A stretch of DNA of 64,000 bases, taken from the NCBI GenBank assembly GCA_016206785.1, contig JACQQV010000039.1:5978-69977 (forward strand), read 5' to 3'. The translations under genes were made by a program, and so were the position numbers. The stretch comes from Candidatus Omnitrophota bacterium. Its GTDB lineage: Bacteria > Omnitrophota > Gorgyraeia > JACQQV01. Positions 43,718 to 53,554 of this stretch are shown one piece after another (within the stretch, counting starts at the first letter, position 1; each line of letters starts with the position of its first letter). The notes beneath the pieces are model-generated. The model did not search any database. It saw only the letters and a list, made by a program, of their open reading frames with translations, and was not told the DNA's origin.

Positions 43718-46353
43718 GGAGATTCTTTTTTCTGCGCTTCTTGCGGAAGGAGGAGGATCACGGCCTTCTTCTGCGGCTCAAAATAGGTTGAGGCGACACG
43801 CTGGAGATCTTCGGCTGTGACAGAGCGAATTTTTTCTTCGTAGTCCAAGTAGTGAAGGTGGCCCAATCCATAGAGCTCATCGAGTGCGACTTGGAAAGAG
43901 AGATCTTCCGGCGTCTCCAAGGAAAGTTTTTGAAGTCCGATTAAACTCTCTTTTGCCCTTTGGATCTCTTCGGAAGGAATGGGGGTGTCTCGTAGGACCT
44001 CGATTTCTGCAAGTAGTTTTTCCTGCACGCTCGGAAGTTCTTGTTCCGTCGTCGCCACATAAAATACATAGTGGCCCGGGTCAAGACCCCAAACCGGATA
44101 GGCCCCCAAGGTATAGGCTTGACCTCCCTTATCCCGAATCTCAAAATGTAATTTCCCCCCTCCTCCAGATAAAATATTGGTCAACACTTCAAACACATAA
44201 TAATCCTTATCCAAAAGTGAAATACCGTGGAAACCGACCAACACCACGGCTTGCTCCTTGGGAAGTCTTTCGGTGACGAAGCGGGGCTCTTCAAGAGGGG
44301 GTTCCAGGGGAAGTTGAGGACGTTTCCCGGACCGTGCCGGGAACCTTAAGAACGCTTTTTGTACCTCCTCAACTATTTTTTCAACCTCGATGTCTCCGAA
44401 AACCGTCACCACCATTCGCTCCGACGACAAAAGTCTCTGATAGAAAGCGACCAGGTCTTCTCGTGAAAGACGAGAAATCGTTTTTTCCGTCCCCAAGGGG
44501 TGGAAACGATAGGGATGACTTGTGTAGAGGGTCTTTCGCAAGAGCCGCCCCCCCACTTTGAAAATTTGATCCTGTTCTACCCTGAGGGCGGTAAGAATCT
44601 GTTTCCTTTCCTTCTCGAGTTGTTCTTTCGGAAAAGTGGAGTCGAACATGAGTTCTTTTAAAAGGTGGAGTCCTTCGACCGCGTCCTCTTTAAGGACTTT
44701 GAGACGGAGACCGAAACTGTTTTGTCCGCTAAAGGGTGAAAGGAGGGCGCCGTGGCCGTCGATCCATTCTGAAATTTCTTTTTCGTCTTTCGTGGCCGTC
44801 CCTTTGATGAGCATCTGAGAGAGAAAATTAGAAATTCCTTCGTGGTCAGCATCTTCAAACAAAAGACCTCCCAAATGCGCGATGCCGATGGAAACGGTTG
44901 GCTGTGTGGTCTCTTTTTGGAGGAGTAGACGCAGACCGTTTGGAAGCAGATGCCTTTCAATCGGTTTACCCTGAGAAGATTCCGGTTCCGCTCCTTCCGC
45001 GGTTTTTGGGGGACTTTGAGGAGCCAATGTCACCCGCGTCAGATTTTCATCCCCTAGATACGCTTCGGCCACCCTCTGGATATCCTCCGCCTCGACCGAT
45101 TCAATACCCTCAACATATCGTTCAGAAAATAAAGGATCGGAAGCGAGGATCTCATTTTCAGCCAGTTCCCCTGCCTGGGACTGAATCGTTTCCCTCCCAA
45201 AATAATAGTGACTAAGCACACCCCGCTTCGCTTTCTTCAGTTCTTTTTTTGAAACAGGAGAATGTTTCATCTTTTCGATTTCCTCCCGAATGGCCTTGAG
45301 GGCCTCTGGGATTTTATTTTCTTCCAACAGTGCTGAGATCGTAAAAAGCCCAGGATCTTTAGGAGAATAGTGGGAGGTGCCGATCGAGAAGACCAGTTCT
45401 TTTTCCTTTTGAAGAACTCTCACAAGCCGTGAACTTTCTCCCTCTCCAAGGAGGATCGCAAGGAGATCCAGCGGATACATGGCTTTGTCTGAAAAATCGA
45501 CGGTATGGTACCCCATGACCAGATGCGCAATCTGAATCTCGGCTTCTTCACGAACTTCCCGGACTCCCACTTGCACCGGTTCTCTCACGAGGGGTTCGGG
45601 AGACAGTCGGCCGCGTTCAAAGGGCCCAAAATGTTCTTCAATGAACTTTAACGCTTCACTTGAACGGATATCGCCAACAATCGCAAGAACCATGTTATTC
45701 GGGAGGTAGCGTTCCCGATAATATCGCACCGTTTCTTCCCGTGTCAGGTTTTTTAAGAGGGATTCATACCCAATGACAGGGTGGCGATAGGGATGGACCT
45801 GATAGGCGTTCTGCCAAAGGAGATCTGCCGTTCGCCTGGCTGGACTATCGTGGTTTAACCGGACCTCTTTCAGAACAACCTCTTTTTCTTTGGCGAATTC
45901 ACCTTCATCAAATTTCGCATGCATCAGGCAATCTGCGAGTACGGAGAGCGCTTCATTCAAACGAATTCGGTTCACCACGAGTGAATAGCCGGTCACATCG
46001 TGGGAGGTAAAAGCATTCATATCTCCCCCGTAGGAACGGATCGCCCGGTCGATTTCTCCCACCCCCCTTGTTTCGGTTCCCTTGAAAAGCATATGTTCTA
46101 CCACGTGACTGACGCCGCTCCCCGTCAAATCTCCTTCGTGGGCAGAACCCGTTTTCACATAGGCCATGACGGAAACAAGGGGGGCGCGATGAACTTCTTT
46201 TAAGAGAACGGTGAGGCCGTTGTCGAGTGTTTCTCGGGTGATGGAGGGGGTGTGTCTAAGAGGCGAACTGACCTTTTCTTTGGATTTCGGAAAGGCGGGG
46301 GATGCGGCTAAAAGAGACAGTAGGAGTAGAGGAACAATCCATTTTCGGCTCAT
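43714..46353 (-). CDS. Secreted M16-family zinc peptidase, two tandem M16 modules
   Basis: Signal peptide; inverted zinc motif HxxEH (HVVEHMLFKG); 879 aa. Confidence 0.8.
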   Translation of the reverse strand: MSRKWIVPLLLLSLLAASPAFPKSKEKVSSPLRHTPSITRETLDNGLTVLLKEVHRAPLVSVMAYVKTGSAHEGDLTGSGVSHVVEHMLFKGTETRGVGEIDRAIRSYGGDMNAFTSHDVTGYSLVVNRIRLNEALSVLADCLMHAKFDEGEFAKEKEVVLKEVRLNHDSPARRTADLLWQNAYQVHPYRHPVIGYESLLKNLTREETVRYYRERYLPNNMVLAIVGDIRSSEALKFIEEHFGPFERGRLSPEPLVREPVQVGVREVREEAEIQIAHLVMGYHTVDFSDKAMYPLDLLAILLGEGESSRLVRVLQKEKELVFSIGTSHYSPKDPGLFTISALLEENKIPEALKAIREEIEKMKHSPVSKKELKKAKRGVLSHYYFGRETIQSQAGELAENEILASDPLFSERYVEGIESVEAEDIQRVAEAYLGDENLTRVTLAPQSPPKTAEGAEPESSQGKPIERHLLPNGLRLLLQKETTQPTVSIGIAHLGGLLFEDADHEGISNFLSQMLIKGTATKDEKEISEWIDGHGALLSPFSGQNSFGLRLKVLKEDAVEGLHLLKELMFDSTFPKEQLEKERKQILTALRVEQDQIFKVGGRLLRKTLYTSHPYRFHPLGTEKTISRLSREDLVAFYQRLLSSERMVVTVFGDIEVEKIVEEVQKAFLRFPARSGKRPQLPLEPPLEEPRFVTERLPKEQAVVLVGFHGISLLDKDYYVFEVLTNILSGGGGKLHFEIRDKGGQAYTLGAYPVWGLDPGHYVFYVATTEQELPSVQEKLLAEIEVLRDTPIPSEEIQRAKESLIGLQKLSLETPEDLSFQVALDELYGLGHLHYLDYEEKIRSVTAEDLQRVASTYFEPQKKAVILLLPQEAQKKESP

Positions 46354-46368
46354 GGAGGGAAAACAGCA

Positions 46369-46539
46369 TTATCTTTTTCGAAAATTTCGCCGCATCTTGC
46401 GTCTTTTGCGTTCGCTCGGCTTCTCGTAATGTTTTCTGGCCTTGAGCGCTTTGAGGACCCCCTCGCGTTCTATCTTTTTCTTCAAGCGGCGAAGGGCCCG
46501 CTCCAGCGGTTCATTCTCTTTAACTTCTACTTTTGGCAT
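46369..46539 (-). CDS. rpsU: 30S ribosomal protein S21
   Basis: [29 protein letters not shown]..; start moved to ATG 46539 with GGGAG SD. Confidence 0.85.
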   Translation of the reverse strand: MPKVEVKENEPLERALRRLKKKIEREGVLKALKARKHYEKPSERKRRKMRRNFRKR

Positions 46540-46541
46540 TT

Positions 46542-47207
46542 TTATTCTCCCGGTCGTTGAACCTTGTCGTTGACAAAGGTCACTCTTACCCATAGAGAGG
46601 CAGAGGGCCGTTTAAACCCGTTTGGAAAAGGAGGAAAAGGAGAAGCGTCGATGACACTCCGCATCGCAATCTCCCGAAGAGCGGGGTGGGAGGGCTTCTC
46701 TTTTTCAACGGCCTTCACCTTTTTCAATTGGCCGTTTGAAAAAAGGACAAAGTTGAGCGTCACGTTTCCCTCTTGGCGACCGCTCCGGTAATACGCAAAC
46801 AAATTCTTCCGGATCCTTTCCCGGATCTCCTGATAATACGTCAGAAAAATTGGCTTTTCTTCATGATTGAGATGAAGGGCCTCGATCATCTCTGCTTCAG
46901 ACCGAATTTCTTCTTCCCGCTTGGAGGAAGTCTCTTTAGAAGAGATTTCTTCTTGTGAAGAGTTTTCTTTTCGTGAAAAGAGAGAGTCTTGTTCATCTAA
47001 CCCGAGGCCCTTTTGGGCCATCGGCGGTTCAGGAAGCGGGGGTTGGACAAGGTTCGGTTCCTCCCGTTGCACATAGAAGAGCTCGAGAGATTCTCTTGCA
47101 AAGGGAGACGGTCCTTGAAATGTAAATCGGCCCGCCCCAAAAAGGAGAAGAAAGTGGAGTGAAGAGGAAAAAAGGAGAGCATTCTGGAACGGCGTAAATC
47201 TTATCAT
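46542..47207 (-). CDS. TonB-family energy transducer-like protein
   Basis: N-terminal TM helix, Pro/Glu-rich linker, C-terminal ..[23 protein letters not shown].. TonB_C-like block; start at internal ATG. Confidence 0.55.
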   Translation of the reverse strand: MIRFTPFQNALLFSSSLHFLLLFGAGRFTFQGPSPFARESLELFYVQREEPNLVQPPLPEPPMAQKGLGLDEQDSLFSRKENSSQEEISSKETSSKREEEIRSEAEMIEALHLNHEEKPIFLTYYQEIRERIRKNLFAYYRSGRQEGNVTLNFVLFSNGQLKKVKAVEKEKPSHPALREIAMRSVIDASPFPPFPNGFKRPSASLWVRVTFVNDKVQRPGE

Positions 47208-47241
47208 AACCTTATTATTATAAAAGAGATAGTCTGATTTG

Positions 47242-47805
47242 TCAATAGGATTTTCCCTGGCGCTTTTGGAAAGCTGCGATCTTAATTCTTTTCCACCCTT
47301 CATAAGGAAATTGAAATTCTCGGAGAAGAAGCGGTTTTTTACTATCGGAGAGTTCGATCAAAAGATCGCCGGTATGGCAAAAGCGGTGCCAAGGGTATTG
47401 TCGCACTTCGAGTTTTCCGATCGCCCCAAGGTCCACTTCTTGAGACCTTCTTCCCCTTTTTTTGAGGGTTAACGTTTCGGAAGTGAGGAACGCGGTGGCG
47501 GATGAGGAAAAGAAGAGAATTGAAAAAAGACCCCAACAAAAGAACGCACCCCAGTACGTGAGCCGGATCATTCCGGCACCGAGGAAGACTAAGGGAGAAT
47601 AGCGAACCAACAGGCCCCTTGCCCCGGTCTTGCCACTCCAAAGAAGAGTTTCAGGGCTGTTTGTCATTCTCAGCATCTGATTTCTCCATCCGAAAAGGGT
47701 AACTTCTCGAGAAATCGACCTTTCCATCGAAATCGGTGTCTGCTCGATAGGTGGTAATGGTTCCCCCTTCGCCGTATTGCGCCCAGGCATCCACCTTCCC
47801 ATCAA
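47242..47805 (-). CDS. Hypothetical membrane protein (possibly bacterial PH-domain type)
   Basis: Two hydrophobic helices then a soluble C-terminal domain; start unclear; overlaps neighbours. Confidence 0.3.
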   Translation of the reverse strand: MMGRWMPGRNTAKGEPLPPIEQTPISMERSISREVTLFGWRNQMLRMTNSPETLLWSGKTGARGLLVRYSPLVFLGAGMIRLTYWGAFFCWGLFSILFFSSSATAFLTSETLTLKKRGRRSQEVDLGAIGKLEVRQYPWHRFCHTGDLLIELSDSKKPLLLREFQFPYEGWKRIKIAAFQKRQGKSY

Positions 47806-48073
47806 GGTTGGTATCTACCTGGAGTTCCACCGGAACTCCTTTCCGGTAAAGTTTCCGGATATCCGTTTTCCCATCGTTGTTGGAATCGATTTCTTCTCGT
47901 ACTCTTTCCCCGCCTCGAAAATAATTTTTCCGTTTAACTTTACCATTTCCCTCGCGGTCGCTGACTTGGACTGTTTCTCTCGTCCAGAAAAGGAAAAGAA
48001 GCAAACAAGGTAGTCCTATGACCGTGGCTCTCGTGAGTATCTTAAAAGAAAAGGATCTGCTTACCGATCCCAT
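47651..48073 (-). CDS. Exported protein with three EF-hand-like Dx(N/D)xDGK calcium-binding loops
   Basis: Signal/TM segment VIGLPCLLLFLFW then DSNNDGKTDI, DTNLDGKVDA, DTDFDGKVDF; start at internal ATG 48073. Confidence 0.45.
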   Translation of the reverse strand: MGSVSRSFSFKILTRATVIGLPCLLLFLFWTRETVQVSDREGNGKVKRKNYFRGGERVREEIDSNNDGKTDIRKLYRKGVPVELQVDTNLDGKVDAWAQYGEGGTITTYRADTDFDGKVDFSRSYPFRMEKSDAENDKQP

Positions 48074-49070
48074 ATCGTATCGCCTTCTGATAGACCTTCC
48101 ATGCGACTGCAATATCCTGAATGGCAACTCCGGTGGAATCAAAAAGGGTGATCTCCCCTTTTGCGGTGCGCCCTTTCTTATGACCACAGACGATCTCACC
48201 CAATGTGGCGTAGATCTCTTTTTGAGTAAGGAGTCCTCGTGAAAAAGGGACATTGATTTCACCGCTCGTTGAGGCTTGGTGTCGATCGTCCACCACAATC
48301 TTTGCCCGTTTTAAGAGATCTGGGTCAATTTCTTCCTTTCCCTTTGAATCTGCCCCGATCGCATTGATATGAGTCCCGGGGTTCACCCATTCGCGACGGA
48401 TGAGGGGACGGCGGCTGGGAGTGGTCGTGACCAAAATGTCCGAACCTCGCACCGCATCACGGATGGTCTTTTTCTCCTGAAGGAATCTCCTAAACACCTT
48501 CATCCGATCATAAAAATGTTTTCGGTTCGAGGGGGTCAGACCCCAGAAGCATATACGACGGAACTTGAAATATTTTGAGAGGAAAAGAAGTTGCGTCTCC
48601 GCCTGTACCCCACATCCTACCAATCCCAACGTGACTGAATTTCTGCGGGCGAGGTATTTAGCGGCGACTGCCCCCGCCGCTCCCGTGCGCATTTTGGTGA
48701 GGAACGTTCCATCCAAGATGACCAAAGGAAAACCGGTACGAACATCGTTGAGAATAATAATTCCCATGACCGATGGGAGGGCGTAGGCGCGGTTATGGGG
48801 GTGGACATTCACCCACTTCATCCCACACCGTTTAGGAGAGGCTAAGTAGGCGGGCATAGCCCGAAAATCCCCGATTCCCTGAGGAAGGATGAGGTAAAGC
48901 TTGGGAGGAAGGAGCACCCTCCCCTCTCCATAGGCCCTAAAAGAGGATTCTACAGCGGAGAAGCACTCTTTAAGGGTTAAAAGCTTTTTCACATCGGTCG
49001 CCGTCAAAAGGAGCGTCTTGAATGATCTTCTTCTAGTCATCTTCAACCAAAGGAACGAAAGCGCATTCAC
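48042..49070 (-). CDS. Ornithine cyclodeaminase / mu-crystallin family protein
   Basis: Rossmann motif ..LGLVGCGVQAETQ.. and OCD-family layout. Confidence 0.8.
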   Translation of the reverse strand: MNALSFLWLKMTRRRSFKTLLLTATDVKKLLTLKECFSAVESSFRAYGEGRVLLPPKLYLILPQGIGDFRAMPAYLASPKRCGMKWVNVHPHNRAYALPSVMGIIILNDVRTGFPLVILDGTFLTKMRTGAAGAVAAKYLARRNSVTLGLVGCGVQAETQLLFLSKYFKFRRICFWGLTPSNRKHFYDRMKVFRRFLQEKKTIRDAVRGSDILVTTTPSRRPLIRREWVNPGTHINAIGADSKGKEEIDPDLLKRAKIVVDDRHQASTSGEINVPFSRGLLTQKEIYATLGEIVCGHKKGRTAKGEITLFDSTGVAIQDIAVAWKVYQKAIRYGIGKQILFF

Positions 49071-49668
49071 AAATTTCTTTCAAGTCCATCTTCTCCTTTT
49101 GCTTATGGAGCAAGGTTAAGACTTGAGTGACAGGACCTCCCAGGGGAATCACCAGGCGACCCTCGCTCTCTAGCTGGGAAAGGAGAGGCAGTGGAATGGT
49201 GCGACTGGCGCAGGTGACGAGAATATGGTTATAGGGGCTAAATTGTGGCCACCCCCTCATCCCATTTTCACATTTAAGAGAAACGTTGTGATAGCCCAAA
49301 AGGCGAAGCCTTTCCTCAGCCTGCCTCGAAAGTTCCCCAATCCGCTCGATGGAAAAAACGGTTCCTGAGAGTTCTGCAAGAATGGCTGTTTGATATCCTG
49401 ACCCCGTTCCGATTTCAAGCACCTTTGAGGCTTCAGTAGGGGCAAGGGTCTGAGTCATTAAAGCGACCATGTAAGGTTGCGAAATCGTTTGATCAAATCC
49501 GATGGGAAGCGGGTAATCCTCGTACGCCTGCTCCTGGCATTCCTTTGGAACGAAGAGATGGCGAGGAACCTTTCGAAACGCTTTTAAAACTCTTGGATCT
49601 ACAATTCCTCTCCTTTCGAGTTGCCTCTCGATCATTCGCGCGCAGGAGACCTCAGGATCTTTTTTCAT
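49033..49668 (-). CDS. pcm: Protein-L-isoaspartate O-methyltransferase
   Basis: SAM-binding motif VLEIGTGSGYQTAILAEL. Confidence 0.85.
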   Translation of the reverse strand: MKKDPEVSCARMIERQLERRGIVDPRVLKAFRKVPRHLFVPKECQEQAYEDYPLPIGFDQTISQPYMVALMTQTLAPTEASKVLEIGTGSGYQTAILAELSGTVFSIERIGELSRQAEERLRLLGYHNVSLKCENGMRGWPQFSPYNHILVTCASRTIPLPLLSQLESEGRLVIPLGGPVTQVLTLLHKQKEKMDLKEICECAFVPLVEDD

Positions 49669-50344
49669 ACCTTAGGTGTCTCCTTCTCGCATAAAGAAGT
49701 CTTAAAAAAAGATAGGTATCCCGGAGGGGGTGGATGCTGCTCTTCTGATCCCCGTAAATGGTGTGGACAGGTACTGAGACAATCCGAAAGCCGCGTCTTT
49801 TTGCCTCGATCAAGACTTCCGATTCAATTTCGTATTTCGAGGCCTTCAACTCCAAGACCCTGAGGAGATCCGAACGGACAAACTTGAACCCACACTGGGT
49901 ATCGGGAATCTCCTCTTGGAGAAGCCGGGAGAGGGCAAAAGACATAAAACGGTTGGTTAACCGTCGGACAAAGGGCATCGTAGCGGTTTCCCCCATCCGG
50001 TTCCCGACGACAACTCCAACCTTAGGATCTTGCACAGCGGTGATAAAAGAAGGGAGATCCTGTGGGCTATGTTGTCCGTCACCATCGAGAATCACGCATC
50101 CTTCAAAATCCTTTTCAAGGAGATACTGGAAACCGCTTCGTAGGGCCATTCCCTTCCCGAGGTTTTTGGGGTGGACAATCACATGGGCTCCATTTTTTTT
50201 TGAAACCTCGGCGGTTTGATCGGTCGAACCATCGTCTACAACGATCACATGGGGAAGCCATCGTTGAATTTCGGGAATGAGCGACCCCAATGTTTTTTCC
50301 TCATTCAAGGCCGGCACAAGCGCAGCGATCTTTTCATGATCCAT
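49652..50344 (-). CDS. Family 2 glycosyltransferase (polyprenyl-phosphate sugar synthase-like)
   Basis: GT2 signatures ..IVVDDGSTD.., ..LDGDGQHSP.. Confidence 0.8.
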   Translation of the reverse strand: MDHEKIAALVPALNEEKTLGSLIPEIQRWLPHVIVVDDGSTDQTAEVSKKNGAHVIVHPKNLGKGMALRSGFQYLLEKDFEGCVILDGDGQHSPQDLPSFITAVQDPKVGVVVGNRMGETATMPFVRRLTNRFMSFALSRLLQEEIPDTQCGFKFVRSDLLRVLELKASKYEIESEVLIEAKRRGFRIVSVPVHTIYGDQKSSIHPLRDTYLFLRLLYARRRHLRYEKRS

Positions 50345-51203
50345 CTTGAGCCATTTCCCATGGGTTTTGAAAGATAAGCCACTGGGTAGGGTAACGCCGG
50401 ATATAACTTTCCAGATGAGAGGCGATTTGTTGCGTGGTACTTAACAGGTCCGAAGAAAAATCGTCCGTCCTCGTTGGTTCAATCGGCGCTTCAAAGATAA
50501 GCCGGTAGAGTCCATGGGGAAGGCGGATCACAACCCCTACAATGAGAGGGCTTCCACAGCGCAAAGAAAGGGCAGCGGGCCCGCGGGGGAAAGAGACCCT
50601 TCGCCCAAGGAATGAGAGGGAGATCCCGTTTTTTGAAAAATCGCGGTCCCCCACCAAAAGGACCATCTCATTTCTGGTTAAGCGTTGAATGAGGGTCCAA
50701 ATCGAGTGATCCATAGGAATCACATGGAGTCCCTTTTTTCTCCGCTGGTCCATAAAAAAGCGGTTCACCCACTGGCTCTCATGGTGAAGGACCACCGCAC
50801 TCACCGGGTAGCCGAGCATGGCAAGACCTACACCGCCCCACTCCCAATTTCCAAAATGGGCCGTGACGCCTATGACCCCTTTCCCCTTTTGAAAGGCCTT
50901 TTCAATATGTTCAAGGCCTACAATTTCTACAACTCTTGAAAACTCCTCGTGGTCCACCTTCGGCAGGCGGAGAAAATCGACCAGATGCCTTCCAAAGTGG
51001 TGAAAGACATCCCTCGCCTCCCGGAATCCGGGACGCTTTCCCCCATCATAAATCCAGTAAAGATTTTGAAGAACCTGCCGGCGGCTCTTGAAGGAAAATA
51101 ATAAATGGAGGTCTGCCACGCAGTCTGCAATCCAATACGAAAAACGAAGTGGAAGACGGAGGACGAGCTCATAGGCTATCCGGTACAAGAAATAATGAAA
51201 CAT
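50334..51203 (-). CDS. Lipid A biosynthesis acyltransferase (LpxL/HtrB family)
   Basis: LPLAT motif HFGNWE and LpxL-like length and layout. Confidence 0.7.
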   Translation of the reverse strand: MFHYFLYRIAYELVLRLPLRFSYWIADCVADLHLLFSFKSRRQVLQNLYWIYDGGKRPGFREARDVFHHFGRHLVDFLRLPKVDHEEFSRVVEIVGLEHIEKAFQKGKGVIGVTAHFGNWEWGGVGLAMLGYPVSAVVLHHESQWVNRFFMDQRRKKGLHVIPMDHSIWTLIQRLTRNEMVLLVGDRDFSKNGISLSFLGRRVSFPRGPAALSLRCGSPLIVGVVIRLPHGLYRLIFEAPIEPTRTDDFSSDLLSTTQQIASHLESYIRRYPTQWLIFQNPWEMAQDGS

Positions 51204-51205
51204 GT

Positions 51206-52324
51206 CTATTCCAATGAAAGGAGGAAATACGCCGCATCCAGGGCACTCGTCGGTTTTCGATAGCGATCGATGCGAAGGCGCATCTCCTCAAGTTTGGCCG
51301 GATGATGTAACAATTCTCTCACAAGGACGACAACTTCCTCCTCGTCTCGAGCTTTTACCGCGAGGCCTTCTTCGACAAGAAAGTTCGCGTTGGACGTTTC
51401 TTGTCCCCGGATCGGGTCGAAAATAACGAGAGGAAGTTGTTTGGCAAGGCCTTCAGCCGTGGTGAGTCCCCCGGGTTTTGTAATTAAAAGGGTGGAAACT
51501 TCCATCAACTCATCCGCATTCTCTACAAAATCGAATATCTTTATTCTTTTTCTAAAATGCCTTTCCCTTTTCTTCAGGTGGCGGTACAGCCGTTTATGGC
51601 TGCCGCAGACCACCAAAATCTGGATGGGCACCTCTAAACGGTCAAGAACTTTGACAATCTTTGCAATCGGTCCAAGGCCCTGGCTTCCCCCCATCAGGAG
51701 AAGCGTAGGTATCTTTGGATCCAATCCCAGACGCAAGGTGAGGTTCTCTTTTTTTCCGTCCCTCCGGAATTTAGGATCGATCGGAATCCCATGCGTTAAG
51801 ATTTTTTCTGGCTTAATTCCGTTTTGAGAAAGTTTCATCTTTGCCCTCTCGGAAGAAACGATGTAAAAGTCGACGTTGTCGTAAATCCAATAAGAGTGGG
51901 GAAAATAGTCGGTCAGAACCCCTACGAGAGGAACGGCAAGCCCGAGATTTTTTTTCACTTCAGCGATAAGACCACAAGGGAAAGCCTGGGTGCAGGCAAC
52001 GACGTCAGGTTTAAATTCCTCAAGAAGAAGTTGGAGTTTGGGGGAATTGAAGCGGTGGACCAGGTTCCGGAAACTTTGGGTACTTTTGACAACGCTCGGG
52101 TTGTCATAGAGGTACCCCCATACCTCCGGATGGGTGCGAATGAGCCCAAAATATGTTTTCTTGATGATCCGTTCGAGAATCGGGTTCGTGTAACTAAGGG
52201 TATTGATGCTGAGGACCGACGAGTCCGGCGAGAGTTCGTGGAGCGCTTTTTCAAGTGCCAGGCTCGCACGATGATGGCCAGAGTTGGGGGAAATGTACAT
52301 CAAGAGAATCCGTTTTGGCCTCAT
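51206..52324 (-). CDS. GT28-family glycosyltransferase (MGDG-synthase / MurG-like fold)
   Basis: N-terminal ..RILLMYISPNSGHHRASLALEKAL.. typical of the monogalactosyldiacylglycerol synthase family; start moved to ATG 52324. Confidence 0.7.
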   Translation of the reverse strand: MRPKRILLMYISPNSGHHRASLALEKALHELSPDSSVLSINTLSYTNPILERIIKKTYFGLIRTHPEVWGYLYDNPSVVKSTQSFRNLVHRFNSPKLQLLLEEFKPDVVACTQAFPCGLIAEVKKNLGLAVPLVGVLTDYFPHSYWIYDNVDFYIVSSERAKMKLSQNGIKPEKILTHGIPIDPKFRRDGKKENLTLRLGLDPKIPTLLLMGGSQGLGPIAKIVKVLDRLEVPIQILVVCGSHKRLYRHLKKRERHFRKRIKIFDFVENADELMEVSTLLITKPGGLTTAEGLAKQLPLVIFDPIRGQETSNANFLVEEGLAVKARDEEEVVVLVRELLHHPAKLEEMRLRIDRYRKPTSALDAAYFLLSLE

Positions 52325-52344
52325 GGCGGCGAACCCTTTTTGGG

Positions 52345-53511
52345 TCAACTTTCTATTTCAAGGAGTTTTTGCATCCTCTTTAATGCGATGGCAAGTCTTT
52401 CTTCGGGCTCAACCAACGCAAATCGGATATACCCTTCCCCATATTCTCCGAAACCTGTCCCCGGGGCGACCCCCACACCCGCCTCTTCGATGAGGAGCGT
52501 TGCAAATTCCATCGAAGTGAGAGCACTGTATTTGAGAGGAATGCGGGTCCAGAGGTAAAAGGTGGCTTTGGGCTTTGCCACCGGCCAGCCGATTTTGTTG
52601 AGGCCCTCTACAAAGAGATCCCGCCTTTTGCGATAAATCTCGGTCAGCTCCGCGACGTAGTCTTGAGGGCCGGTGAGGGCCTTGATGGCGGCATATTGCA
52701 CCGGCCGGAAAATGCCAAAGTCAATGTAGCTTTTTGTCTTAGCAAGGGATCTCAAGATCTCACGGTCCCCCACACAAAATGCAATCCTCCATCCTGCCAT
52801 ACTGTAAGACTTGGAAAGGGTATGAAATTCGATGATTCCTTCTTTGGCCCCCTTCACCTGAAGGAGGCTCGGCGCCTTGTAACCTTCAAAGACGATGTCC
52901 GAGTAGGCAAGGTCATGGGCGATGATGATATCCTTCCCCTTGGCCCAGTTGACCACCTCCTGGAAAAAGTGAAGATCAACCACTTGCGTCGTCGGGTTGT
53001 GGGGGTAGCTTAAGAAAAGAATCTTGGACATCTTAACCACTTCACGGCTTAACCCCTTCAAATTCGGTTTATAGTCGTTTTCGGGGGTCAAGGGAATGTT
53101 GTAGAGAATCCCTCCTGCCATAATCACACCGTTAAAATGAACCGGATAAGCAGGGTTTGGAACAAGGCCGATGTCGTCTGGATTCAGAAAGGCGAGGGAA
53201 AGATGGGCGATCCCTTCTTTGGCCCCGATGAGAGGAAGGACCTCTTCCTTGGGATCCAGCGTAATGCCAAATCGCTGGAAGTACCATTGCGCGATCGCCT
53301 CTTTGAGTTTTATCTCAACCGCTCCATTGGGACGGGAGTAACGGTGGTTTTCCGGTATAAGAACCTGTTGACGGAGTTCCTCGACCACATGCTTGGGCGT
53401 CGGCAAATCGGGATTTCCCATCCCGAGATCAACAACATCCACTCCCTTTGCACGGGCCTTGGCTTTGAGGTCGTCCATGATGGTAAAAAGATAAAGTGGC
53501 AAACGCTTCAT
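52345..53511 (-). CDS. Class I/II PLP-dependent aminotransferase
   Basis: N-terminal KRLPLYLFTIMDDLK pattern and fold-type I aminotransferase layout. Confidence 0.8.
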   Translation of the reverse strand: MKRLPLYLFTIMDDLKAKARAKGVDVVDLGMGNPDLPTPKHVVEELRQQVLIPENHRYSRPNGAVEIKLKEAIAQWYFQRFGITLDPKEEVLPLIGAKEGIAHLSLAFLNPDDIGLVPNPAYPVHFNGVIMAGGILYNIPLTPENDYKPNLKGLSREVVKMSKILFLSYPHNPTTQVVDLHFFQEVVNWAKGKDIIIAHDLAYSDIVFEGYKAPSLLQVKGAKEGIIEFHTLSKSYSMAGWRIAFCVGDREILRSLAKTKSYIDFGIFRPVQYAAIKALTGPQDYVAELTEIYRKRRDLFVEGLNKIGWPVAKPKATFYLWTRIPLKYSALTSMEFATLLIEEAGVGVAPGTGFGEYGEGYIRFALVEPEERLAIALKRMQKLLEIES

Positions 53512-53554
53512 TCGGTTCGCTTCATGCATCTGTTCTTCCTGCCTTCCGGGTGTG

